A stretch of DNA of 64,000 nucleotides from an uncultured Chloroflexia bacterium (GTDB lineage Bacteria; Chloroflexota; Limnocylindria; Limnocylindrales; CSP1-4), in the NCBI GenBank assembly GCA_963749735.1, contig CAVVNZ010000016.1, positions 81,885 through 145,884 on the forward strand. The letters are read 5' to 3'. Numbering within the stretch: position 1 is the stretch's first letter; every line of letters starts with the position of its first letter. Below, in pieces: positions 1 to 10,150 of this stretch. The notes beneath the pieces are model-generated. The model did no database searches, was not told the DNA's origin, and worked only from the letters and a program-made list of their open reading frames with translations. A program made the translations under genes and the position numbers.

Positions 1-1597
1 TCGGGAGGCCGGCCTCGAGCGGTGGACGCGGCAAGGTCCGGCCGAACTGGACCTGGGCCTCGACGCGCAGCGCCTCGAGCCAGTCGCGCAGCCCGCGCGT
101 CGAGACGCAGTCGTCCCGGTTGTAGTCGGCCAGGTCCCGGAGGTGCTGGGCATCGCGGTCGCCGAGCCAGCGCTCGTACTCGACGACGCTGAACCCGGCC
201 CGGGTGATCGGTCCCTCGCGCTCGCGGAGGTAGAAGTGCTCGATCTGCTTGAGCGAGTACGACCCGACGGACGCCCGGAGGCCCTGCCGGACGACCTGGT
301 AGAGGTCCACCAGGACGCCGGCCCGGAGGATCCGGTCGAGCTCGTCCTCGCGCGTGGCGTAGCGGCCGACCAACCGGCGCAGAGCGGTCTTCTCGTACGC
401 CGCGTAGTGGTAGACGTGCATCCCGGGATCGCGTTCGAGGCGATCGATGATCGCGTCGATGAACGTCTCGAACGCGGCCTTCTCCTGGGCCCGATCGTGC
501 GCCCAGATGGCGTGATAGCGATCCGCGCCATCGACCAGCTCCGACCAGCCCAGCAGGTACTCGAGGCCGGCGTCCCCGATCCACGGATCCGCCTCGATGT
601 CGAAGAAGACGTCGAGCGGCGCGGGCTCCGGCAGGGCGCCGAGGCCGTGCACCGGCTGTTCGGGGTCGGGGGGCAGGAGCTCGTACTCGAGGTGTCCGCT
701 GCGACGCCCGTCGAGCTGGATCGCCGCCTGGCCCTGGAGGCGGGAGAAGGTCGCCGGAGCCATCTCGGAGACCGACATCGTCGCCGGCGTCTGGCCGAGT
801 CGCTCGAGCGTCGTGATCCCCGCCTCGACGAAGCGCTCGGTCGCCGTCCGGCTCATCCCCGCGACCAGCGACAGGTGGTCGTCTGCCTCGCGGCGCTCGA
901 CGCAGGTCAGCCACCAGCCGCACACGCGGCAGTGGTCGACCGGGTCCGGGTAGGTCGGCGCGGTCGTCGCGCTGCCGAAGACCCGCTCCTCGAAGCGGCG
1001 CTTGACGAGCCGGTGGAACGCGGCGAAGTCGGCGTAGCGATGGTCGTGGGCCGAGCCGTCCCCGGTGACCACCGTCAGCGTCTCGGGTGGGACGCCCTGG
1101 ACGCGCTCGAGGAGATCCGCGTAGACACACATCTGGACGAGCGCACTCGCCTTGACGTGCCGGGCGAGCTTGGTGTCGGCGACGTCGTACGACCACGACC
1201 CGAGCCGGCTCGGTCGCTCCGCGCGGACGAGGAAGTCCGCGTGACCTCGCCAGCGACCGTCGAAGAACGTTGCCTGGAAGACGACGTCCGCCCCGGCTGC
1301 CATCGCCACCCGGGTCGCCTCGGCCGCGGCCTGCAGCTCGGCCGGGTCGCGGGCGGATCGGAGCGCCTCGGGGATCTCCACGATCGTCAGACCCGCCCCG
1401 CGCAGACGCTCGAGGTGCTCGCGTTCGTGGCGGTCGCCGCGCTCCTGGAGCAGCTCGAGCTCCGGATCGTATCGGTCCGGCTTGCGGCGCAGGCCGGCGA
1501 TCCGCTCGAGCTCGAGCGTCGCGAGGTGGTCGCACGCAAGGTAGCCGACGAGATCCGTGGCACTCACGACGATGGTGCCGTCCGCGTGTTTCTGCAT
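1..1597 (-). CDS. RecB-like nuclease, TM0106 type (5' part; the gene runs off the left edge)
   Basis: My reverse-strand translation from the ATG at 1597 gives MQKHADGTIVVSATDLVGYLACDHLATLE. It has a PD-(D/E)xK-like block (DVADTKLARHVKASALVQMCVYADLL), a Cys cluster (DHCRVCGWWLTC), then FFDIEADP and YHYAAYEKTAL (RNase-H-like block). The frame stays open to base 1, so it is absent from the ORF track. Confidence 0.75.
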   Translation of the reverse strand, partial: MQKHADGTIVVSATDLVGYLACDHLATLELERIAGLRRKPDRYDPELELLQERGDRHEREHLERLRGAGLTIVEIPEALRSARDPAELQAAAEATRVAMAAGADVVFQATFFDGRWRGHADFLVRAERPSRLGSWSYDVADTKLARHVKASALVQMCVYADLLERVQGVPPETLTVVTGDGSAHDHRYADFAAFHRLVKRRFEERVFGSATTAPTYPDPVDHCRVCGWWLTCVERREADDHLSLVAGMSRTATERFVEAGITTLERLGQTPATMSVSEMAPATFSRLQGQAAIQLDGRRSGHLEYELLPPDPEQPVHGLGALPEPAPLDVFFDIEADPWIGDAGLEYLLGWSELVDGADRYHAIWAHDRAQEKAAFETFIDAIIDRLERDPGMHVYHYAAYEKTALRRLVGRYATREDELDRILRAGVLVDLYQVVRQGLRASVGSYSLKQIEHFYLREREGPITRAGFSVVEYERWLGDRDAQHLRDLADYNRDDCVSTRGLRDWLEALRVEAQVQFGRTLPRPPLEAGLP

Positions 1598-1699
1598 CGA
1601 CCCTCCGAGGCGGGGTGGACCCCAAGCCTAGCGGGCCGGCGTGTCAGCTCGGGTGACACCCATGCGGCTCGGGGCCCGATCGCGTCGCGCCGACGCCCA

Positions 1700-2080
1700 T
1701 CAGCGCGCGGCGATCACCTCCACCTCGATGAGGAAGGGCGGGACGAGTCCGTTGACCGCGACGGTCGCGCGGGTCGGCGGATCGGTCGGGAAGACTTCGC
1801 GGAAGACCGCGTTGTACGCCGCCCAGTCGTCCATGTCGACGAGGTAGACCGTCGACTTCACGACGTCCGCGAGACTGAGGCCGACGGCCGCCAGGCAGCG
1901 CTCCACGTTGGCGAACATCGCCCGGGTCTGGGCCTCGATCCCGCCCGGGACGACCTCGCCGGTGGCGTGATCGTCACCGACCTGACCCGCGATGAAGACG
2001 AAGCCATTCGCCTCGACGACGTGGCTGTACGACGACTTCGACGGCTGGATCCCCGGCAGCGCCGGCACATGCTTCGGCAT
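1700..2080 (-). CDS. RidA/YjgF-family reactive-intermediate deaminase
   Basis: This is the 126-aa C-terminal part of the 291-aa track ORF, starting MPKHVPALPG at 2080. It has FVFIAGQVG, VKSTVYLVDMDDWAAYNAVF and PTRATVAV. The upstream part of the track ORF is Arg-rich noise. Confidence 0.85.
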   Translation of the reverse strand: MPKHVPALPGIQPSKSSYSHVVEANGFVFIAGQVGDDHATGEVVPGGIEAQTRAMFANVERCLAAVGLSLADVVKSTVYLVDMDDWAAYNAVFREVFPTDPPTRATVAVNGLVPPFLIEVEVIAAR

Positions 2081-2200
2081 CGGTCCTCCTTGTGGCGGTT
2101 CGGGCCTACGGTAGCGTCTGACGCCCGAGCCGGACGGGCCTGTCCCGGGCGACCCGCGGTCCGAGAGCATCCGGTCGGCCGATCCCGGCGTATCGCCTCC

Positions 2201-2983
2201 ATGGGAACGACACGCCGCCACCTCTCCGAGGTTCTCCGATCCGTCCGCTCCGCGAGCCGCCGGGTCCGGCGACGGTGGATCGGCTTCGCGGCGGTCGGAT
2301 TGATCGGCGCCGCGCTGGTCGGTCCGCTGTCCTCCCCGGCGCTCGGGGCCGGGCACGCGGTGAGGATCGTCGACACCGGCGCCTACGACTTCGCCTTCGC
2401 CCCGCGTTCGATCAGCGTCCCGGTCGGCTCCCGGATCACCTGGACCAACGCGAGCATCACCCAGCACAACGTGACCTTCGCGTCGTTCGGCAGCACGACG
2501 TACATGCAGCCCGGCACCCGCTACGCCCACACGTTCGGCACGCCGGGCACGTACCACTACACCTGCACGCTCCACGGATTCACGGGCACGGTCGTGGTGA
2601 CCGGCAGCGCGCCCAAGTCGACGCCGAAGCCCACGCCGAAACCGACACCGAAGCCGACGCCGAAGCCGTCGCCCAAACCCACGGCGAAGCCGGCGGCCGG
2701 ACCCACGGCGAAGCCGGCGACCGGACCGACAGCGACGCCGGTCGCGACCGCCGCCGGATCGTCCGAGACGCCCGGTGCGTCGCCGTCGCCTTCGGCGGAC
2801 GGATCGACCGGCGGGATCGCCTTGGGCGACGCGACGTCGCCAACCCCGGTCGCGACCCTCGTCGGGTCGGCGCCGGCGCCGGATGCCACCGTCGGATCGA
2901 ACGGGTCGACGCCGCTGATCCTGATCGGTCTGCTGGTCGTCGCGGTCATCGGGATCGGCGCCCTCGCCCTGCGGCGTCGCTGA
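2201..2983 (+). CDS. Membrane-tethered cupredoxin (plastocyanin/amicyanin-like) protein
   Basis: This is the last 260 aa of the 946-aa track ORF, with an in-frame ATG at 2201. It has an Arg-rich N-region plus hydrophobic signal (SRRVRRRWIGFAAVGLIGAALV). The cupredoxin core has ITQHNVTF and HYTCTLHG. A TPKP-repeat linker and a C-terminal TM helix ending LRRR follow. Confidence 0.85.
   Translation: MGTTRRHLSEVLRSVRSASRRVRRRWIGFAAVGLIGAALVGPLSSPALGAGHAVRIVDTGAYDFAFAPRSISVPVGSRITWTNASITQHNVTFASFGSTTYMQPGTRYAHTFGTPGTYHYTCTLHGFTGTVVVTGSAPKSTPKPTPKPTPKPTPKPSPKPTAKPAAGPTAKPATGPTATPVATAAGSSETPGASPSPSADGSTGGIALGDATSPTPVATLVGSAPAPDATVGSNGSTPLILIGLLVVAVIGIGALALRRR
2621..2692 (+). repeat. Six tandem 12-nt codon repeats (TPKP x4, SPKP, TAKP) inside the cupredoxin linker
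   Basis: Read directly: acgccgaagccc / acgccgaaaccg / acaccgaagccg / acgccgaagccg / tcgcccaaaccc / acggcgaagccg, in frame with the CDS. Confidence 0.9.
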
Positions 2984-3030
2984 TCGTCAAGCGCCCCGAG
3001 CGTGCTCCGGCGACCCCTGGGTCGGATCGG

Positions 3031-4395
3031 CTAGCCGAAGAGCTCGTCGACCGCCGCGGCGAAGACGTCGGTGTGGCGGTCCACATCCGCGGCGGTGGTC
3101 GCCGGGCACATCAACGCCATGTTGTGGAACGGCGTCATCAGGATCCGCCGGTTCATCGCATAGAGGTGCAGGAACCGCTCGAGCTCAGGGTCGCTCGCGG
3201 CGGCCTGCTCGGCGCCGTCGCGGGGCGGGTGAGCGATGAAGTGGTACTCCGCCCGGCAGCCCAGCCGGGTGACGTGCCACGGGACCGCTCGCGACGCGAT
3301 GACATCCTCGACCCCGGCGGTCCAGCGCTTCCCGAGCTCGATCATCCGGCCGAATGCCTCGTCGGTCATGACCTCGGTCAGCGTGGCGCGAACGGCGGAC
3401 ATCGACAGGGCGTAGCCGGCCAGCGTCCCGCCGATCCCGCCGATGTCGGACACGTCGCGCTCGAGCGTACCGGTGATCCGGTCGGCGATCGCCTCGCTGA
3501 AGCCGTAGGCGCCGACGGGGATCCCGCCACCGATCGTCTTGCCGATGACGAGCATGTCGGGGTCCAGAGCCCAGGCGCCCGTCGCCCCGCCGGGACCGGC
3601 GCAGATCGTATGGGTCTCGTCGATGATCAGGATCGTGCCGGCGTCGCGGGTCAGCCGGCGGACGGCGTCGTGGTATCCCGGATCGGGCAGGACGATCCCG
3701 ATGTTCGTCAGGGCGGGCTCGAACAGGACCGCCGCGACGTCGCCGTCGGCCAGCGCACGTTCCAGCGCGGCGACATCGTTGAACGGGACCACGCGGGTCG
3801 TCTCGACCGGGTCGACCGCCGGCCCGATGTTGCCGTAGCTCGGCCCGACCCGCCCGTGCTCGTCGAGCGACGCGAACGTCTCGTCGACCGTGCCGTGGTA
3901 GTTGTGGTCGTGGACGACGATCTTCGACCGCCCGGTGATGTGCCGGGCGAGGCGCAGCGAGAACCGGTTCGCATCCGTCGCCGTGATCGTGAACTGCCAG
4001 AAGCGGAGACCGAATCGGCGACGAAGCTCGTCGCCGGCCGCGATGGCGTCCTCCGTCGGCAGCATCAGGGTGATCCCGCGGGTCAGCTGGCGCTCGACCG
4101 CCGCGACGGTCGGGGCGGGAGAGTGGCCGGCCATCGCGCCGGTATCGCCGAGGCAGAAGTCGATGTAGTCGTGCCCGTCGACGTCCTGAACGTGCGCGCC
4201 CGCGGCCGACTCGACGAACACGGGGAAGCCGCCCGCCCAGCGGACCATCCAGTTCATCGGGACGCCGTCGAGGAGGGACGCCTTGGCGCGCTCGTGGAGT
4301 GCCCGCGAACGGGGATGTTCGGTCTCGAAGGTCGAGAGCTCGCGCTCCATCAGGCGCCCCAGGCGGGCGCGATCGAGGGTTCGGGTGGCGGGCAC
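3031..4395 (-). CDS. Class-III PLP aminotransferase (glutamate-1-semialdehyde aminomutase-like)
   Basis: 454 aa. It has CLGDTGAMAGHSP, VHDHNYHGT, IIDETHT and the PLP-lysine context VIGKTIGGGIPVGAYG. Confidence 0.85.
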   Translation of the reverse strand: MPATRTLDRARLGRLMERELSTFETEHPRSRALHERAKASLLDGVPMNWMVRWAGGFPVFVESAAGAHVQDVDGHDYIDFCLGDTGAMAGHSPAPTVAAVERQLTRGITLMLPTEDAIAAGDELRRRFGLRFWQFTITATDANRFSLRLARHITGRSKIVVHDHNYHGTVDETFASLDEHGRVGPSYGNIGPAVDPVETTRVVPFNDVAALERALADGDVAAVLFEPALTNIGIVLPDPGYHDAVRRLTRDAGTILIIDETHTICAGPGGATGAWALDPDMLVIGKTIGGGIPVGAYGFSEAIADRITGTLERDVSDIGGIGGTLAGYALSMSAVRATLTEVMTDEAFGRMIELGKRWTAGVEDVIASRAVPWHVTRLGCRAEYHFIAHPPRDGAEQAAASDPELERFLHLYAMNRRILMTPFHNMALMCPATTAADVDRHTDVFAAAVDELFG

Positions 4396-4509
4396 GCACG
4401 ACCTCCGCTTCGGCTGACCGGGCCGGGCGAGGCCAGCACGGTCATCTTGCGCGCGGCGGACCGGACCGGTCGGCCCGGGTCGCGGAGCGGGACGGAGGCG
4501 TGCCCGGGT

Positions 4510-4704
4510 CTAGCCGACCCGGCGGGTGAACCCGCAGATCTGGCAGGTGGCGAGGCCGGTCGCCTCGTCGAGCTCGAGGAAGCTCGGACAGCCGTTCGTC
4601 GAGCAGAAGATGCGGCCTGAGGCCGCTGCAGTGGTTCGCCGGCGCATCCGGCGGATGGACCCGGCGCGTGCCGAGGTCGTGTGGGTCATGGTTCGCGAGA
4701 GCAT
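4510..4704 (-). CDS. Small zinc-ribbon protein (hypothetical)
   Basis: This is the 64-aa tail of a spurious 476-aa track ORF. It has CSTNGC ... CQIC Cys pairs. The start (4704 or 4689) is uncertain, and the ORF could be noise. Confidence 0.35.
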   Translation of the reverse strand: MLSRTMTHTTSARAGSIRRMRRRTTAAASGRIFCSTNGCPSFLELDEATGLATCQICGFTRRVG

Positions 4705-4887
4705 GGTTCCTGTCGATTCCCGGGAGTCGCCACGGACGTCGATCGTCCGGCGCCTGCCCGATGGGCCGCTCGGCGCGCGGGATGCGCGAAACACGAGCGG
4801 TGCTGGATCTGGGTGCCTGGCGCGTCGCGGGAGCGGAGGTTGAGATGCTCTGACCTGCGACGCCGCGCTGGCGTTGATCGGTGAATC

Positions 4888-6240
4888 ATGGGTGACCCGG
4901 CGGTTCCTGTCAAACGCCCGAAGGTCCGGGGCGACCCGGCCGGTGGTAGGCTCCCGCCGATGGACGACGATCGGGCGCCGGCCGACCCACCCCGGGCAGC
5001 CGCTCCCGCAGCCCCCGCCCAGCCCACCGGTCGGCCGACCGGGGCGAGCGCGCGACGCCGCCGCAACGACCGCGAGATCGTTCTCTTCGCGCTCGGGTTG
5101 CTCGCGGTCGCCGCGATCCTCGTGCTGCTCCCCGACCTCACCCCAGCGGCGGCCCAGGGCCTCGTGTCGGAGCGGATCCACGCCCGGATCGTCGAGCTGC
5201 CGCCGGCCACCGACCAGAACGCCCCCACGGCCATCGTCGAGTTCCTCGAGGGTCCGCGACGGGGCCAGCGGGAGACGGCCACGCTCGAGGGACCATCCGG
5301 CCAGCTGCAGCTGCCCGACTACACCGCCGGCGACGAGGTCGTCGCGGCCGTCGACCGGCAGCCGGACGGCACGACGACGTTCTCGGTCATCGACCGGTGG
5401 CGACTCCCGCTCATCGGCGCGCTCGCCCTCCTGTTCGCGGTCGTGACCATCGCCGTCGCCGGCTGGCGGGGCGTCCGGTCGGTGGTCGCCCTCGCCCTGT
5501 CGCTCGTCCTGGCGATCCGGGTGCTCATCCCGCTCCTGCTCGCCGGCTGGAACCCGCTCGTCCTGGCCATCGGGTTGGGTGCGACGGTCACCATCGTGTC
5601 GTTCGTGCTGACCCAGGGGCTCACCCGGACGACCGTCTCGGCGATCGCCGGGACGATGGCCGGACTGGCGATCACCGGGGTCCTGGCGGCCGTCGTGACG
5701 GTCCTCGCCCGGTTCACGCCGGCCCAGGGCTCGGACCAGATCCTGGCCATCGGGCAGCTGGCCGGGAACACGATCGACCTCTCGGGCCTGCTCCTCGCCG
5801 GCGTCGTGTTCGGCGGCCTGGGCGTGCTCAATGACGTGGCCATCAGCCAGGCGGCGACCGTCGAGGAGCTCCAGGCGGTCGATCCGACCCTCGGGCGGGG
5901 CGCGATCTATCGGCGGACGATGAACGTCGGCGTGTCGCACCTGGCCGCGACGGTCAACACGCTCGTCTTCGCCTACCTCGGGACGGCGCTCCCGCTGCTC
6001 GTCCTGTTCTCGATCCAGGTCCGCGGGCTCGGGTTCCCGCTCAACGAGGAGATCATCGCCGTCGAGGTCGTCCGGACGCTGATCGGCAGCGTCGGGATCG
6101 TCCTGACCGTCCCGATCACGACCGCGATCGCGGTCTGGCTGCTGACCCGCGGGTCGACCGGGATCCCCGCTCGCGGCGGCCGCCGTTCACGGGCCGATCA
6201 GCCCCCGCCAACGACCACCGAGATCAGCTCCTCGCCGTAG
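4888..6240 (+). CDS. YibE/F-family integral membrane protein
   Basis: 450 aa. A Pro/Ala-rich N-terminus and one TM helix are followed by a soluble domain (ERIHARIVELP...FSVIDRWR) and about six more TM helices with GVLNDVAISQA and VGVSHLAATVNTLVFAYLG. An alternative start lies at 4960. Confidence 0.8.
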   Translation: MGDPAVPVKRPKVRGDPAGGRLPPMDDDRAPADPPRAAAPAAPAQPTGRPTGASARRRRNDREIVLFALGLLAVAAILVLLPDLTPAAAQGLVSERIHARIVELPPATDQNAPTAIVEFLEGPRRGQRETATLEGPSGQLQLPDYTAGDEVVAAVDRQPDGTTTFSVIDRWRLPLIGALALLFAVVTIAVAGWRGVRSVVALALSLVLAIRVLIPLLLAGWNPLVLAIGLGATVTIVSFVLTQGLTRTTVSAIAGTMAGLAITGVLAAVVTVLARFTPAQGSDQILAIGQLAGNTIDLSGLLLAGVVFGGLGVLNDVAISQAATVEELQAVDPTLGRGAIYRRTMNVGVSHLAATVNTLVFAYLGTALPLLVLFSIQVRGLGFPLNEEIIAVEVVRTLIGSVGIVLTVPITTAIAVWLLTRGSTGIPARGGRRSRADQPPPTTTEISSSP

Positions 6241-8270
6241 CGATCGAGCTTGGTCGGGCCGATCCCCGGGATCCCGGCCAGATCAGCGAGGGACCGCGGG
6301 CGTCGTTCGGCGATCGTCGCCAGCGTCGAGTCGTGGAAGATGACGTAGGGCGGCACCGCGTCCGCCCGGGCCCGCTCGAGGCGCCACGCTCGGAGCGCCT
6401 CGAACAGCGGAGACGCCGCGCCATCGACGGCGCCGCCACCGCCTCCACCGGTCCGCGCCCGGTCGGCGGTCCTCGGCGCGGTGGGTCGGTCGCTGCCGGA
6501 TCGCACCGCGACCGGCACGATCTCGAGCAGGAAGCGCGACCGCCGGCGCTGGGTCGACCGGCCGTCCCGGATGCGGGCCGACGACAGCCACAGGTGGACC
6601 CGGGCGCGGGTGATGCCGACATACAGGAGGCGCCGCTCTTCGTCGATCTCGGCGGGCTCGCTCGCCTGGCGGATCGGGAGGATCCCCTCCTCGAGCGCCG
6701 GAAGGAAGACGGCGTCCCATTCGAGCCCTTTGGCGCGGTGATAGGTGAGCAGCTCGACGCCGACTCCCGTCGCGCCGCCAGCCTCGTCGGCCGTCCGCCG
6801 GTCGACCTCAGCGAGGAAGTCGTCGAGGCCGGCCGACGGATCCTCGGTCTCGCAGCGACGGCCGATGTCGAGCAGCGCGCCGAGCGCGGCATGACGCTGG
6901 CGGGCCTCCTCACCCGGCGGCACGACCTCGGGCCGGAAGTCGAGCGCCGCCGCCCAGATCGCCGTCAGCCGGTCGGTGAGCGTTCGGACGAGGCTGCCGT
7001 CCGCCTGCTCGGCCGCCGGGGCGTCGGCCTCCCCTGATGCGACGCGGCGCGCGGCACGGACAGCGTCGAGCGCGCGCCGGATCTCCGGCCGGGCGAAGAA
7101 CCGCTCGCCGCGGAGTTGGAACGCGACCCCGACCGCCCGGAACGCCGCCTCGAATCCGACGAGCTGGGCATTCGTCCGGACGAGCACCGCGATCCGCTCG
7201 GCCGGGACGTCCGCGGCGATGAGCCGGCGCGCCTCCGTCGCGATGGCCGCTTCTTCGGCGGCGCCGTCGGCGAACTGCCGGATGATCGGCGGTGGCCCGT
7301 CGGGCCGGGTCGCCAGGAGCCGCTTCTGGGGCCCGCCGCCGGCTCGCGGAGCACCGGCCAGCAGTCGGTTGGCCAGGTCGAGCACCTGCGGCGTCGAGCG
7401 GTAGTTCGTCTCGAGCCGGACGACGTGGGCCGCCGGGTAGCGCCGGGTGAACCCGGTCAACCACTCGGAGGAAGCGCCGGTGAAGGTATAGATCGTCTGG
7501 TCCTCGTCGCCCACGACGGCCAGGTCCTGGCGCCCCCCGAGCCACGCGTCCAGGAGGGCCTGCTGGAGCGTGTTCGTGTCCTGGTACTCGTCGACGCTGA
7601 ACCAGCGATAGCGGGCCCGGATCTCGTCCGCGGCCGAGGCGTCGTCCTCGATCAGCCGGATCGTCATCTCGAGCATGTCCTCGAAGTCGATCCGGCCGGC
7701 TCTCGCCTTCGCCGCCTCGTAGCGGCCGTACAGCGGGGCGAACAGCCGGGCCGGGAGCGGGCCGTCGTGCCCGTCCGCCTCGATCGCCTCCTCGTACGCG
7801 GCCGGGCCGACCCGACGCGCCTTGGCCCACTCGATCTCGCCGGCGAGATCCCGGACCGCGACGTAGCGGTAGCCTCCGGGCAGCGTCCGGGCGAGGTCGA
7901 TCAGCGGCGCCACCTTGGATTCGAGGATCGTGGGCAGCTCCCCGCCTGACACCCGCGGCCAGAAGTGGCGGAGCTGGCGGAGCGCGGCGGCATGGAACGT
8001 CGCGGCGGTCACGCCGGTCCGACCGAGCGCTGCCAGCCGCTCGCGCATCTCGGTGGCGGCCTTGTCCGTGAACGTGACGACCAGCACGTGGGAGGGCGCA
8101 ACGACACCGGTCTCCAGGGCGTAGGCCACCCGACGGGAGATCGCCCGGGTCTTGCCCGTCCCGGCGCCGGCCAGGATGCAGACCGGCCCGCTCGTCGTGC
8201 GCACCGCCTCGCGTTGCGCGGGGTCGAGGTCGGACAGCAGGTCGGACGGGCAGGTCGAGCACCGGGCCAT
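6198..8270 (-). CDS. UvrD/PcrA-family ATP-dependent DNA helicase with a C-terminal HRDC domain
   Basis: 690 aa. Walker A is AGAGTGKT; other helicase motifs are VDEYQDTN, NYRST and TYHRAKGLEWDAVFL. The C-terminus (LFEALRAWRLERARADAVPPYVIFHDSTLATIAERRP...GIGPTKLDRYGEE) is HRDC-like, as in RecQ and UvrD2. Confidence 0.9.
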   Translation of the reverse strand: MARCSTCPSDLLSDLDPAQREAVRTTSGPVCILAGAGTGKTRAISRRVAYALETGVVAPSHVLVVTFTDKAATEMRERLAALGRTGVTAATFHAAALRQLRHFWPRVSGGELPTILESKVAPLIDLARTLPGGYRYVAVRDLAGEIEWAKARRVGPAAYEEAIEADGHDGPLPARLFAPLYGRYEAAKARAGRIDFEDMLEMTIRLIEDDASAADEIRARYRWFSVDEYQDTNTLQQALLDAWLGGRQDLAVVGDEDQTIYTFTGASSEWLTGFTRRYPAAHVVRLETNYRSTPQVLDLANRLLAGAPRAGGGPQKRLLATRPDGPPPIIRQFADGAAEEAAIATEARRLIAADVPAERIAVLVRTNAQLVGFEAAFRAVGVAFQLRGERFFARPEIRRALDAVRAARRVASGEADAPAAEQADGSLVRTLTDRLTAIWAAALDFRPEVVPPGEEARQRHAALGALLDIGRRCETEDPSAGLDDFLAEVDRRTADEAGGATGVGVELLTYHRAKGLEWDAVFLPALEEGILPIRQASEPAEIDEERRLLYVGITRARVHLWLSSARIRDGRSTQRRRSRFLLEIVPVAVRSGSDRPTAPRTADRARTGGGGGGAVDGAASPLFEALRAWRLERARADAVPPYVIFHDSTLATIAERRPRSLADLAGIPGIGPTKLDRYGEELISVVVGGG

Positions 8271-8456
8271 CCTAGCCGCGCCGGCTCATCGGGCCCTCGC
8301 CCGAGCGCATTCGGCCGAGCTCGGCTATGCTCGTTATCTCGTGTTCGTCGGGCGCCTCCGGTCTGCGCCCCGGTCTTCCCACCGTTCGATCCCGATCATC
8401 CGATGCCCTGACCGGGCCCTGCAACCGTGCGGGAGGGCCCGTCCAGGAGTCTCATC

Positions 8457-10094
8457 GTGTCCTTCACACCACTCGGGCTGGAGCCCGAGCTTCTCCGCGC
8501 GGTCGCGGACCAGGGCTACACCGAGCCCACCGCCGTCCAGACCGAGGCGATCCCGCTGGTCCTCGCGGGCCGCGACGTCCTTGCCGGCGCCCAGACCGGC
8601 ACGGGCAAGACCGCCGCGTTCGTCCTGCCGATCCTGCAGATCCTCAACGGCCGGCCCGCGCCCGGCCCGGCGTCCCATGGGCTCGCGGGCGACCCGCGCG
8701 ACCGCGGACGTCGTGACGCCTCCCATCCTGCCGTCCGGACCCTGATCCTCACGCCGACCCGCGAGCTCGCGATCCAGGTCGAGGAGAGCGTCCGGACCTA
8801 CGGCGCCCGACGGCCGGTCCGGTCGGCGGTGATCTACGGCGGCGTCGGGTTCGACGCCCAGGTCCGGGCGCTGCGGGCCGGTGCGCCGATCGTCGTGGCG
8901 ACGCCGGGTCGCCTGCTCGACCATGTCGGGCAACGGACGATCGACCTGTCCCGGGTCGAGATCCTCGTCCTCGACGAGGCCGACCGGATGCTCGACATGG
9001 GGTTCATCCGCGACATCCGCAAGATCATCGCCCTGCTTCCCGCGCCTCGCCAGAACCTCCTCTTCAGTGCGACGTTCTCGGACGAGATCCGGCGCCTGGC
9101 CGACGGCATCCTCGACCACCCGGCGCATGTCCAGGTCACCCCACGGAACACGACGGTCGAGCTCGTCCGGCAGGTCGTCCACCCGGTCGACCGCGAGCGC
9201 AAGCGGGAGCTCCTGAGCCACCTGATCCGGTCGGGCCGGATCGACCAGGCGCTCGTCTTCACCCGGACCAAGCACGGGGCCAATCGACTCGCCGAGCAGC
9301 TCGAGCGGGACGGCATCGCCGCCGCGGCGATCCACGGCAACAAGAGCCAGCCCCAGCGCAACCGGGCCCTGGCCGACTTCAAGGCGGGCCGGGCGGCGAT
9401 CCTGGTCGCGACCGACATCGCCGCGCGCGGGATCGACATCGATGCGTTGCCGCACGTCGTGAACTTCGAGCTGCCGATGGCGCCCGAGGATTATGTCCAT
9501 CGGATCGGCCGGACCGCCCGCGCCGGGATGGACGGCGATGCGGTGTCGCTGGTCTGCGTCGACGAGCAGAAGCTCCTCTGGCAGATCGAGACGCTCCTCC
9601 GGACCAAGATCCAGGTCGAGGTCGTCGAGGGCTTCGAGCCCGACCGGTCGGTCCGCCCGCAGCCGATCGTCCTCCGCTCGGCCGTCGGTCGCGGCGGCGC
9701 CCCGGCCCGCTCGGGCCGCCCGGCTCCCGCGAACCGGTCGGGATATGCGCCCGCTCATCGGCCGCAGCATCAGACCTCCGCTGGCCCGCGGGAGATCGCC
9801 CCGGGTCCGCGTCATGGATCCGCCGGTCGTCCGGCACCGGCCCGCCGGCCCGGCCAGTCGATCGGGGCCTACGCGCCGACCGGGCGACCGGACGGCCGGC
9901 CGGGTCGTCAGCCGTCGTCGCGCCCGAGCGGACCGCAGGGGCCGCGCGGAGGCCGCCCGAGCCACCCCGGCTCGACGCCGGTCGCCGGGGGCCAGCGACC
10001 GATCACCGCCATGCCCGGCGAGCGCCTGGCGAGAGCGGCCGCGCCGCGCAGCGACGGGTCGGGCGGGCGGCGCCCGGACGATCGACATCGCTGA
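8457..10094 (+). CDS. DEAD-box ATP-dependent RNA helicase (RhlE-like)
   Basis: It has the Q-motif context GYTEPTAVQ, then [24 protein letters not shown] and [10 protein letters not shown], with an Arg/Gly/Pro-rich tail. I prefer the GTG at 8457, which has AGGAG 7 nt upstream, over the track start at 8427. Confidence 0.9.
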   Translation: MSFTPLGLEPELLRAVADQGYTEPTAVQTEAIPLVLAGRDVLAGAQTGTGKTAAFVLPILQILNGRPAPGPASHGLAGDPRDRGRRDASHPAVRTLILTPTRELAIQVEESVRTYGARRPVRSAVIYGGVGFDAQVRALRAGAPIVVATPGRLLDHVGQRTIDLSRVEILVLDEADRMLDMGFIRDIRKIIALLPAPRQNLLFSATFSDEIRRLADGILDHPAHVQVTPRNTTVELVRQVVHPVDRERKRELLSHLIRSGRIDQALVFTRTKHGANRLAEQLERDGIAAAAIHGNKSQPQRNRALADFKAGRAAILVATDIAARGIDIDALPHVVNFELPMAPEDYVHRIGRTARAGMDGDAVSLVCVDEQKLLWQIETLLRTKIQVEVVEGFEPDRSVRPQPIVLRSAVGRGGAPARSGRPAPANRSGYAPAHRPQHQTSAGPREIAPGPRHGSAGRPAPARRPGQSIGAYAPTGRPDGRPGRQPSSRPSGPQGPRGGRPSHPGSTPVAGGQRPITAMPGERLARAAAPRSDGSGGRRPDDRHR

Positions 10095-10150
10095 GCCCGG
10101 GATCGTGGCCACGGCCACCCGACCGGGCCGTGCCTCGGGTCGGTGGCGCC

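Noticed and set aside
143-2200. N-terminal two-thirds of the 946-aa plus-strand track ORF
   Set aside because: It is antisense to the RecB-like nuclease and RidA genes and has Arg/Leu/Asp-rich composition with no motifs. Only the last 783 nt (the cupredoxin, from the ATG at 2201) look real. Long open alternative frames are expected at this GC content.
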